Of a DNA stretch of 32,838 bases, positions 1 through 7,092 are shown one piece after another; position 1 is the first letter of the stretch; every line of letters starts with the position of its first letter. A program made the position numbers and the translations under genes. Where the stretch lies: positions 1-32,838 of the forward strand of contig JAPKHB010000002.1 in NCBI GenBank assembly GCA_026647295.1, in the 5' to 3' direction. Source of the stretch: Planctomycetota bacterium. GTDB lineage: Bacteria > Planctomycetota > PLA2 > JAEUHO01. The notes below the pieces were generated by a model. It searched no databases and was not told the origin of the DNA. It saw nothing but the letters and a program-made list of their open reading frames with translations.

Positions 1-1
1 C

Positions 2-271
2 GCGATGGACGAGGTCCTGGCCATCGAGCCGCACTTCGGGCGCGCGGCGCTGATCCGGGCCGCCGCCCGCCTGCTCTCGGGCACGGGCGACCCCCTTCCC
101 CAGGCCGTCGAGGTGCGCGACCGCCTGCGCGCGTGGCCGGACGACTTCGACGCGCGGCGCCTGGGCGTGATCCTGCGCACGTTGGCCGGCGACGGCACGG
201 TGGCGGCGGAGATCGCCGCGCTGTGCGAGCGCGAGGCGCAGTACTGCGAGCGGCGGATCGCGCACCTGTAG
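2..271 (+). CDS. 3' end of an unidentified protein-coding gene (5' part outside window)
   Basis: The frame is open from the window edge to TAG at 269-271. Composition is protein-like rather than the R/G/P-rich pattern of spurious high-GC frames. The SD and GTG of pgi follow 28 nt later. No motif recognised. Confidence 0.4.
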   Translation, partial: AMDEVLAIEPHFGRAALIRAAARLLSGTGDPLPQAVEVRDRLRAWPDDFDARRLGVILRTLAGDGTVAAEIAALCEREAQYCERRIAHL

Positions 272-299
272 CCGGCCCCGGGCCGCAGAAGGAGGGAGC

Positions 300-1661
300 G
301 TGGGGCAGGAAGCCGCGGGCGCACCGCTGCGCGTCGACTGGACGCTGGCCGAGGCGCCGGAGCCGGGCGCCGGCGGGCTGGCGCCGGGGAGCGTGGCCCG
401 GCGGGTTGCGGCCGGCGCGCCGCTGCTGGAGTGGGTGCGCACGGAGCACGCCGCCGGGCGGCTGGCCTTCCTGGACCTGCCCGAGGCGGTCGAGACGGCC
501 GCCCAGGCCCAGGCCTTTTGCGAGGAGGCGCCGCAGGCCGAGGACGTGGTGATCGCCGGCGTGGGCGGTTCGGCCCTGGCCGCGCGCGTGATGGATGCGC
601 TCGCCCGGGCCGGCGGGCGGCCGCGGCGCCGCCTCCACGTGCTCGACACGGTCGCGCCCCGGGCCGTGGAGGCCTGCTGGAGCGGCCTCGATCCGGGCCG
701 CACCTGGCTGTTCGGGATCTCCAAGAGCGGAACGACGCTGGAGGCGCGGGTGGTCTTCCACCTCCTGGAGGGGCGCCTGCGCGCGGCCCTGGGCGCGGGC
801 GTGCAGCGGCGCGTCGCGGTGGTCACCGGCGAGGAGGACAACGCGCTCCGGCGCCACGCCCGCGAGCACGGCTACCTGTGCCTGCCGATCCCCGCGGGCG
901 TGGGCGGGCGCTACTCCGCGCTCGGCGCGGTCGGCCTGTTGCCGGCCGCGGCCGCCGGCCTTGACCCGGGCCAGTTGCTCAAGGGGGCGGCCGCGGCCCG
1001 GCGCCGTGCGCTGGGCGCCGCGGACCTTGCGAACCCGGCCCTCCTGCTCCAGGCCCTCCTCCTCGCCGCGCACGAGTCCGGGCGGCCGGTCCCGGTGCTC
1101 TGGACCTATGGCGAGGAACTCGCGCCGCTGGGCGCGTGGTGGGTCCAGTTGCTGGCCGAGAGCCTCGGGCAACGCGGGCCCAAGGGTCCGGTCGGGCCCA
1201 CCCCGGTCCATGCCCGGGGTCCGGCCGACCAGCACAGCCTCCTGCAACTCCTCGTGGACGGCCCCGACCGGTCCCTGAACTGGTTCCTCCACGAGGCGGA
1301 CGCTCCGCCCGGGGCGGTCGTCCCCGCCGCGGCCGGGCCCCCCGGGGCCGGCCACACCCTCGGGCGCGTGCTGGCCGCCGAGCGGGAGGCGACCGCGCTC
1401 GCGCTGGCGGCGGCCGGGCGCCCGGTGGTGGACCTTGCGCTTGGGCGCTACGACGCCGCGGGCGTCGGCGCCTTCCTCCTGCTGTGGGAGGTGGCCGTCA
1501 CGCTGGCCGGCCGCGCCCTGGGGGTGGACCCCTTCGGACAGCCGGCCGTGGCGTGGGGCAAGCGCGCCGCGCGCGTGCGCCTGGGCGCAGCCGGGCCCGA
1601 AGACGCCGAGGTGGCGGCCGCGCTGGCGCGGCTCGCGGCGCGTCCGCGGCGCGGGTGCTGA
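300..1661 (+). CDS. pgi: glucose-6-phosphate isomerase (SIS-domain PGI)
   Basis: GTG start at 300 is preceded by GAAGGAGGGA (288-297). PGI/SIS motifs in the translation: GVGGSALAARV, GISKSGTTLE, GGRYSALGAVGLLPAA. Length is 453 aa. Confidence 0.85.
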   Translation: MGQEAAGAPLRVDWTLAEAPEPGAGGLAPGSVARRVAAGAPLLEWVRTEHAAGRLAFLDLPEAVETAAQAQAFCEEAPQAEDVVIAGVGGSALAARVMDALARAGGRPRRRLHVLDTVAPRAVEACWSGLDPGRTWLFGISKSGTTLEARVVFHLLEGRLRAALGAGVQRRVAVVTGEEDNALRRHAREHGYLCLPIPAGVGGRYSALGAVGLLPAAAAGLDPGQLLKGAAAARRRALGAADLANPALLLQALLLAAHESGRPVPVLWTYGEELAPLGAWWVQLLAESLGQRGPKGPVGPTPVHARGPADQHSLLQLLVDGPDRSLNWFLHEADAPPGAVVPAAAGPPGAGHTLGRVLAAEREATALALAAAGRPVVDLALGRYDAAGVGAFLLLWEVAVTLAGRALGVDPFGQPAVAWGKRAARVRLGAAGPEDAEVAAALARLAARPRRGC

Positions 1662-1663
1662 AC

Positions 1664-1700
1664 GGCCCTGGCGCCCGCCCTGGGGGCGGGCGCCAGGGCC
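1664..1700. terminator. GC-rich perfect hairpin between convergent pgi and ssb (candidate bidirectional terminator)
   Basis: GGCCCTGGCGCCCGCC (1664-1679) pairs perfectly with GGCGGGCGCCAGGGCC (1685-1700), giving a 16-bp stem and a 5-nt loop. It starts 3 nt after the pgi stop. There is no U-tract, so terminator function is inferred only. Confidence 0.45.
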
Positions 1701-1783
1701 GCCCGGCGGCGGTCCGGCCTGTGCCGCCTGTCGCCCGGAGTCCGGCTCCGGGCAGGCCCGGACCCGCGCCCGGGCTGGAGGGG

Positions 1784-2236
1784 CTAGAACGGGATGTCGT
1801 CGGCGTAGTCGTCCTGGGGCGTTTCGCGCGCGCCCACCGGGGCGGCCTGGCCGCGGGCCTGCTCGCCCGCGCCCGCGCCCGTGCTGGCGCGGCCGCCGCC
1901 CTCGCCGCCGCCGTCGAGGAACTGGAAGCCCTCGGCGACGACGGAGTGCCGGGTGCGCTTCTGGCCGTCGCGCTCCCAGGAGTCGAAGCGCAGCCGGCCT
2001 TCGATGAAGATCTGCCGGCCCTTCTTCATGTAGCGGGCGATGGTCTCGCCCGTGCGGCCCCAGGCCTCGACGTCCACGAAACAGGTCTCCTCGACCCGCT
2101 CGTTGGTCTCGCGCCGGGTGTAGGTGCGGTTCACGGCCAGGCCGAAGCTCACCACGGCCGTGCCCGAGGGCAGGTTGCGGGACTCCGGGTCGCGGGTGAG
2201 GCGGCCGATCAGCAGGACCTTGTTCAGATTCGCCAT
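1784..2236 (-). CDS. ssb: single-stranded DNA-binding protein
   Basis: ATG at 2236 was chosen inside the 271-aa track ORF because the OB-fold sequence begins there (MANLNKVLLIGRLTRDPE...). A GGGAG SD lies 8 nt upstream. The protein has a Gly-rich linker and the acidic tail ...DDYADDIPF typical of bacterial SSB. Confidence 0.95.
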   Translation of the reverse strand: MANLNKVLLIGRLTRDPESRNLPSGTAVVSFGLAVNRTYTRRETNERVEETCFVDVEAWGRTGETIARYMKKGRQIFIEGRLRFDSWERDGQKRTRHSVVAEGFQFLDGGGEGGGRASTGAGAGEQARGQAAPVGARETPQDDYADDIPF

Positions 2237-2390
2237 GTGAGGTGCTCCCATCGATGGGCCCGGTCGGGGCCGGGCCGTGACCCCCGCGCCGCGGCGACCG
2301 ACGGGGCGCCGGGGATTGCGAGGGTCCTGGTGCGGTCGGGGGCATGCTAGCCTGGGCCACCGACATGGCCTGCCAGGAGGGGGCCCCGCC

Positions 2391-2738
2391 ATGAGTCGCG
2401 AACGCCGCCAGCACCCCCGGGTGACCGCCAGTTTCCCCTGCGCCCTGGTCAACGCCAGCGGCCAGGAGGAGTCCTTCGACCTGGTCGACCTGAGCGAGGC
2501 GGGCGCGCGGCTCACCTGCGCCTCGCACATCCCCCCGATGACCCGGATCCGGGTCGCGCTGGTGCTGCCGCGCGACCGGGTCAAGCGGCCCCAGAACACC
2601 CCGCTCGAGACCGAGGGCGTCGTCGTGTGGAGCCACCGGGGGGACGGCGGGCGCTACGACACCGGCGTGTTCTTCCCGGCCCTGGACGAGGACCAGCGGG
2701 CGCTGCTGCGGGCCTACGTGTTCTCGTCGGCCGTGTGA
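2391..2738 (+). CDS. stand-alone PilZ-domain protein (putative c-di-GMP receptor)
   Basis: ATG 2391 is preceded by AGGAGGGGG (2375-2383). The protein has RRQHPR (RxxxR) followed ~23 aa later by DLSEAG (D/NxSxxG), which is the PilZ signature. Length is 115 aa. Confidence 0.8.
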   Translation: MSRERRQHPRVTASFPCALVNASGQEESFDLVDLSEAGARLTCASHIPPMTRIRVALVLPRDRVKRPQNTPLETEGVVVWSHRGDGGRYDTGVFFPALDEDQRALLRAYVFSSAV

Positions 2739-2750
2739 GCGCGCGTCGCG

Positions 2751-3350
2751 ATGGACCCCCCCGGTCCCGCGCAGCGCGATCCCCTGCCCCCGGCGCAGGT
2801 GCACCCGACCGCGGTCGTCGACGCGGGGGCGGTGCTGGGCGCGGGGGCGCGCGTGTGGCACTACGCCCACGTCTGCGCCGGGGCGCGGGTCGGTGAGGGC
2901 GCGGTGCTCGGGCAGGGGGTGTACGTGGGGCCGGGGGTCCGCATCGGGCCCGGCTGTCGGATCCAGAACCACGTGTCGGTGTACGAGGGCGTGGAACTGG
3001 CCGCGGAGGTCTTCGTCGGGCCCAGCGCCGTCTTCACCAACGTGCGCCACCCCCGCGCGCACGTGAGCCGCCGCCACGCCTTCGAGCCCACCCGCGTGGG
3101 GCGCCGCGCGACCGTCGGCGCCAACGCCACCATCGTCTGCGGCGTCACGCTCGGGGAGGCCTGCTTCGTCGCGGCCGGTGCCGTCGTCACCCGCGACGTC
3201 CCGCCGCGGGTGCTGGTGATGGGGGCGCCGGCCCGGCCGGCGGGCCACGCCTGCGAATGCGGCGAGCGCCTGGCGGCGCCGGCGACGCCGTGCGCGGGCT
3301 GCGGCGCCCGCCACCGGCCCCGGCCCGACGGGGGACTGGACCCCGCGTAG
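2751..3350 (+). CDS. left-handed beta-helix (hexapeptide-repeat) sugar N-acetyltransferase, WbpD/WlbB-like
   Basis: Repeated [LIV]-G-x-x-x-x hexapeptides (VLGAGARVWHYAHVCAGARVGEGAVLGQGVYVGPGVRIGPGCRIQNHVSVYEGV...). The stretch FTNVRHPRA...ANATIVCGVTLGE...AGAVVTRDVPP resembles UDP-aminosugar N-acetyltransferases, from memory. There is a Cys-rich C-terminal tail (CECG...CAGCG). Confidence 0.75.
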   Translation: MDPPGPAQRDPLPPAQVHPTAVVDAGAVLGAGARVWHYAHVCAGARVGEGAVLGQGVYVGPGVRIGPGCRIQNHVSVYEGVELAAEVFVGPSAVFTNVRHPRAHVSRRHAFEPTRVGRRATVGANATIVCGVTLGEACFVAAGAVVTRDVPPRVLVMGAPARPAGHACECGERLAAPATPCAGCGARHRPRPDGGLDPA

Positions 3351-3367
3351 GGGGGGCGGGAGCCAGC

Positions 3368-4510
3368 GTGGCGGCGATCGACGTCTTCTGGACCGCGGTG
3401 CACGGGGCCTTCGGCCTGGTCGTGGGCTCCTTCCTCAACGTGGTGATCTGGCGCCTGCCGCGGGGGCGTTCGCTGGTCCACCCCGGGTCGCAGTGCCCCG
3501 CCTGCGGGGCGCCGATCGGCTGGCGGGACAACGTTCCGGTCCTCGCCTGGATCCTCCTGCGCGGGCGCTGCCGGCGCTGCCAGGCGCGCATCCCGGCGCG
3601 CTACCCGCTCGTCGAGGCCCTCACGGGGGGGCTCTTCGTGCTGGCGGCCCTGGCCTTTCCGGGCGACCGGCCCACCTCGGCCCAGGTGTGCCTGTTCCTG
3701 GCCGCCCTGGTGGCCGTGACCTTCATCGACCTGGACCTGCGCCTGATCCCGGACCGGATCACCAAGCCGGGCCTCGTGGTCTTCCTCGTGCTGGCCCCCT
3801 TCAGCGCGCTCCACGCGCCGGGCTGGATCGCGGGCCGGCCGGCGCTGGACGCGTGGCTGCACGCCCTGGCCGGAGCGGGCGTCGGGGCCGGCGTGGTCCT
3901 GGCCATCCGCTGGCTGGGGAGCCTCGCCCTGGGCAAGGAGGCCATGGGCCTGGGGGACGTGAAGCTGCTGGCCCTGATCGGCGCGGTGGTGGGGCCCTGG
4001 CAGGCGCTCATCGCCCTGGTGCTGGGGTCGTTGGGGGGGGCGCTGATCGGGCTGGGCCTCTTCGCCACCGGCCGGCGCCGGCCGATGGACGCCGACCTCA
4101 AGCTCGGCGGGCCCGGGGGAGGGCTGCACGCCGCCCGCGTGCGCGTCGACCCCACGGGGATCGAGGTGCACGGCGCGCAGGGGACGCCCCCCGCCCCGGG
4201 GGCGGACGTGCGCGTCGACCTCACGCTCCCGGCGCGGCGCATCCTGGAGGACGCCGACGCCCGGCTCCGGTTCCGCGCCCGGGTGGTCCCGCCGGTCCGG
4301 GCCGGGACCGTGCGGATCGAGCCCCTGCCGGGGAGCCTCTCGGCGGAGGACGGCGCGCGCCTGGCGATGTTCGCGGGCTCGTACAAGTACATCCCCTTCG
4401 GCCCGTTCCTCGCGTTGGGCGGCGCCGCCGTGGCCCTGTATGGGGAGCGGGTCGCCCACTTCATCGCCCACGACTACCCCGCCTGGGTGCGCGGCCTCAC
4501 CGCCCCGTAG
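3368..4510 (+). CDS. pilD: prepilin peptidase / N-methyltransferase (A24 family) with an internal ~105-aa insertion
   Basis: GTG 3368 lies 17 nt after the upstream stop. The N-terminus has the Zn motif CPACG...CRRCQ. The A24 aspartate motifs FIDLDLRLIPD and GLGDVKLLALIG are present, as is the terminal helix YIPFGPFLALGG. The track ORF start at 3257 was rejected because it overlaps the acetyltransferase gene with junk composition. Confidence 0.9.
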   Translation: MAAIDVFWTAVHGAFGLVVGSFLNVVIWRLPRGRSLVHPGSQCPACGAPIGWRDNVPVLAWILLRGRCRRCQARIPARYPLVEALTGGLFVLAALAFPGDRPTSAQVCLFLAALVAVTFIDLDLRLIPDRITKPGLVVFLVLAPFSALHAPGWIAGRPALDAWLHALAGAGVGAGVVLAIRWLGSLALGKEAMGLGDVKLLALIGAVVGPWQALIALVLGSLGGALIGLGLFATGRRRPMDADLKLGGPGGGLHAARVRVDPTGIEVHGAQGTPPAPGADVRVDLTLPARRILEDADARLRFRARVVPPVRAGTVRIEPLPGSLSAEDGARLAMFAGSYKYIPFGPFLALGGAAVALYGERVAHFIAHDYPAWVRGLTAP

Positions 4511-4595
4511 CGCCGGCGACATCGGCCCGGGGACTGCCTTGTCCCGCCCCTTGGGGACAATCGGACAAAAAGCCCCAAGATCCTGTATTTGGTCC

Positions 4596-4623
4596 TTGAC
4601 CACCCCGCGCGGCAGGGTTGAAT
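4596..4623 (+). promoter_or_regulatory. candidate sigma70-type promoter (TTGACC-N16-TTGAAT) in the AT-richer island of the pilD-ompA spacer
   Basis: TTGACC is at 4596-4601 and TTGAAT at 4618-4623, inside an unusually A/T-rich patch (GGACAATCGGACAAAAAG...TGTATTTGG) of a very GC-rich window. This is a by-eye match only. Confidence 0.25.
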
Positions 4624-4805
4624 CACGCCATCGAGGTGCCGTCGGAGGCGCGGAGGCGATCGCGAGGCTCTCGCGGTCGGGCCGTCCGCACGCCCGGGGC
4701 CGCACGGACGCGCGCAGGAGGCCGTTGGCCCCGCGCCGCCGCGCATCCCCGGGCAAGCGGTCGGGCCTGCGCGCCCTTCGCCGCGGGCACCCATGGGAGG
4801 TCGCC

Positions 4806-5726
4806 ATGTCCGCTTCTGCCGCTCGTCACACCGTTTCCCCCGTTCCCGCGCTGGCCCTGCTGGGCGGCGCCCTGCTGCTCGGGCTCACGGGCTGCGCCCG
4901 CTCGCGCACCGTCGATCGGGCCAAGGTGCTCGAAGCCGAGAACATCAACTACCGCCAGAAGTCCCGCGCGCTGGAGGGCCAGTTGCGCCAGGCGCACGCG
5001 GCCCAGGACGAGGCGCTCGCGCGCGAACAGCAGATCCAGCACGAGATCGCCGTGTTGCGCGACGAGGCCAAGGCCGGCGCGGAGGCGCGCGGGCGGCTGG
5101 CCGGCGTGCAGGGCCAGATCGAGGCCGAGCGGGAGCAGCGCGAGGAACTCGAGAGCGAGCTCTCGGCGGCGCGCGCCCGGCTGGCCGAACTCGAGAAGGG
5201 CCGCGCCCGGGCGACCGCCCCCGCGGCGGCCGCCCCGCCCGAGACCTACCGCGGGGTCTCCCCCGAGCTCGAGGCCATGCGCCGCGACCTCCAGCAGAAC
5301 CTCGCGCACTTCAACGTGAAGTCGCTCCCCGTGGAGATCCGCACCGACCGCAACGGCGAGCAGCGCGTGGCCATCGTGCTGCCCGACGCCTTCCCGTCGG
5401 GCAAGGCCACCCTGGCCTACAACTCCCAGGCCGTCGCAGCGGTGATGGGGGTGGGGCAGATGATCAAGAGCCAGTACCCCGGCAGCCGCGTCATGGTGCA
5501 CGGGCACACCGACTCCGATCCGATCCGCAAGAGCGACTGGGGCACCAACGAACGCTTGAGCGAGGCCCGCGCCACGGCGGTGCGCAGCCTGCTCGAGTCG
5601 GCCGGCGTGAGCGGCGGGCAGATCGTGGCCCAGGGCCTGGGCGCCGCCCAGCCGCTCGAGGCCGGCAACACCACGCGGGCCAAGAGCCGCAACCGCCGGG
5701 TCGAGATCTTCATCAGTCCCCGCTAG
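4806..5726 (+). CDS. OmpA/MotB-family peptidoglycan-binding lipoprotein with a coiled-coil linker (paralog 1)
   Basis: ATG 4806 is preceded by GGGAGG (4795-4800). The signal peptide has the lipobox LLGLTGC. A long Q/E/A/R-rich heptad-like stretch follows. The C-terminal OmpA-like motifs are VHGHTDSDPI, NERLSEARATAVRSLL and NRRVEIFI. Confidence 0.8.
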   Translation: MSASAARHTVSPVPALALLGGALLLGLTGCARSRTVDRAKVLEAENINYRQKSRALEGQLRQAHAAQDEALAREQQIQHEIAVLRDEAKAGAEARGRLAGVQGQIEAEREQREELESELSAARARLAELEKGRARATAPAAAAPPETYRGVSPELEAMRRDLQQNLAHFNVKSLPVEIRTDRNGEQRVAIVLPDAFPSGKATLAYNSQAVAAVMGVGQMIKSQYPGSRVMVHGHTDSDPIRKSDWGTNERLSEARATAVRSLLESAGVSGGQIVAQGLGAAQPLEAGNTTRAKSRNRRVEIFISPR

Positions 5727-5941
5727 CCCTGCCGCCGGGGGCGTGACGGCACGCCTCCGCGGTCCCCGACCTTCCAACCCCCGACCGCATCCACCCTGCG
5801 GTCCGCTCCCGCGCGGAGCCTCCGCGCGGGCGGACCTTGACCCCGCGTCCCCTCCGCCGGAGGGGGCGGCGGGTGCCCCGGGCGACCTCTCCCCGCCCGT
5901 GGCACCCCTTGCCCTTCCGGCGCCATCGTTGGAGTTCCGCC

Positions 5942-6799
5942 ATGTCGCCTTCCCGCCGCCTCCTTCGTGCCATCCCCCTGCGCGCTGCCGGTGCCGCCGC
6001 CCTCGCCGTGTGCCTGGGCACGGGCCTTGGCGCCTGCCGCAGCACCCCGCGCGTCACGCGCACCGCCGCCCCTCCGCCCACGACCCAGGCCTGGCCCGCC
6101 CCCGGGTCCTCGGCGGCGCCGCTGCAGCGCGACCTGGACGACGCCAAGTCACTGGCCTACAGCGCCAGCCAGACGGCGGCCGAGGCGCGCCAGCAGGCCG
6201 AGGCCGCCCGGATCGAGGCCGACCGGCTCGCCCAGCAGCTCGACGCCGAGCGCAATCGCAACGCGGAACTGGGCGACGAGTTGAGCGACCTGCGCGGGCG
6301 GGTCGAGGACCTCACCCGCCAGACGCCCCCGGCCGGCGGGCGTGCGCCCGCCCGCGCCGCCGGCGACCCGCTGGCCGACCTGATGGCCGAGCTCGAGTCC
6401 CGCAGCCAGGCCGAGGTCCTGCGCGAGGGCAACCTCGTGGTCGTCCGCGTGACCGACGCCTTCAAGCCCGGCAGCGACTCGCTCAAGAACGACGTCCAGT
6501 TGATCACGGCCCTCAACGCCGCCGCCTCGGCCTTGGTGCGCTACCCGGCCGCGTCCGTGAGCGTGGTCGGCCACTCCGACGGCGACCCGATCAAGAAGAC
6601 GGCCAACAAGTGGGAGGACAACCAGCACCTCTCCCAGGCCCGCGCCCAGCGCGTGGCCCAGGTGCTCGCCCACAACGGCGTCCAGGAGAGCCGGATCACG
6701 GTCGAGGGGCGGGGCTTCAGCGACCCGCTGGTGAGCCCCGAATCCTCGCGGGCCGACAAGGCGCGCAACCGCCGGGTCGAGATCCTCATCCGGATGTAG
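5942..6799 (+). CDS. OmpA/MotB-family peptidoglycan-binding lipoprotein with a coiled-coil linker (paralog 2)
   Basis: ATG 5942 has GGAG 7 nt upstream. The lipobox is LGTGLGAC. A coiled-coil-like stretch (AEARQQAEAARIEADRLAQQLDAERNRNAELGDELSDLR) is followed by VVGHSDGDPI, NQHLSQARAQRVAQVL and NRRVEILI. Confidence 0.8.
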   Translation: MSPSRRLLRAIPLRAAGAAALAVCLGTGLGACRSTPRVTRTAAPPPTTQAWPAPGSSAAPLQRDLDDAKSLAYSASQTAAEARQQAEAARIEADRLAQQLDAERNRNAELGDELSDLRGRVEDLTRQTPPAGGRAPARAAGDPLADLMAELESRSQAEVLREGNLVVVRVTDAFKPGSDSLKNDVQLITALNAAASALVRYPAASVSVVGHSDGDPIKKTANKWEDNQHLSQARAQRVAQVLAHNGVQESRITVEGRGFSDPLVSPESSRADKARNRRVEILIRM

Positions 6800-6906
6800 G
6801 CCCGCCGGGGGTCTGCCGCTGCGCCCCTTCCGCTTCCGCGCGACCGTCCCCCGCCCCGGGCCCCTTGCGGGAGTGCCGCCCGGGCCCGCCCGCGGGACCC
6901 CGGTCC

Positions 6907-6942
6907 GGGCCCCCGCCCGCCGCAAGGCGCGGGCGGGGGCCC
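6907..6942 (+). terminator. perfect 14-bp GC hairpin downstream of the second OmpA-like gene (candidate terminator)
   Basis: GGGCCCCCGCCCGC (6907-6920) pairs with GCGGGCGGGGGCCC (6929-6942) around an 8-nt loop. It is followed by GCTCGGTTCTGG, a weak T content. Confidence 0.4.
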
Positions 6943-7092
6943 GCTCGGTTCTGGCCCCGGCGAGGGGCCCGGCGCCGGCGCGTGTTCAAGCCGGTCACCA
7001 CCGCCTGTCGATAGGGCACCACCCGAATCCGGACCGTCGCCGGCCGGGCCCATCCCGGGCCCCGGGGCGGGGTCCCCGCGGAGGTGGTGGGC

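Noticed and set aside
4070-4390. Calling the PilD insertion a PilZ domain
   Set aside because: There is no RxxxR motif followed about 20-30 aa later by D/NxSxxG in the correct order. Only a vague beta-rich pattern is visible, so it is left as an unknown domain in the findings.
4529-4579. Small hairpins and the tandem GGACAA-TC-GGACAA motif just after pilD as a terminator or binding site
   Set aside because: The stems are only 5-7 bp with large loops and there is no U-tract. This is too weak to call. Only the nearby -35/-10-like pair was kept, as a low-confidence feature.
2861-4807. 648-aa minus-strand ORF, plus the overlapping plus-strand 368-aa ORF 3493..4599
   Set aside because: They are antisense or out of frame to the acetyltransferase and pilD genes. 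They have no motifs and junk composition.
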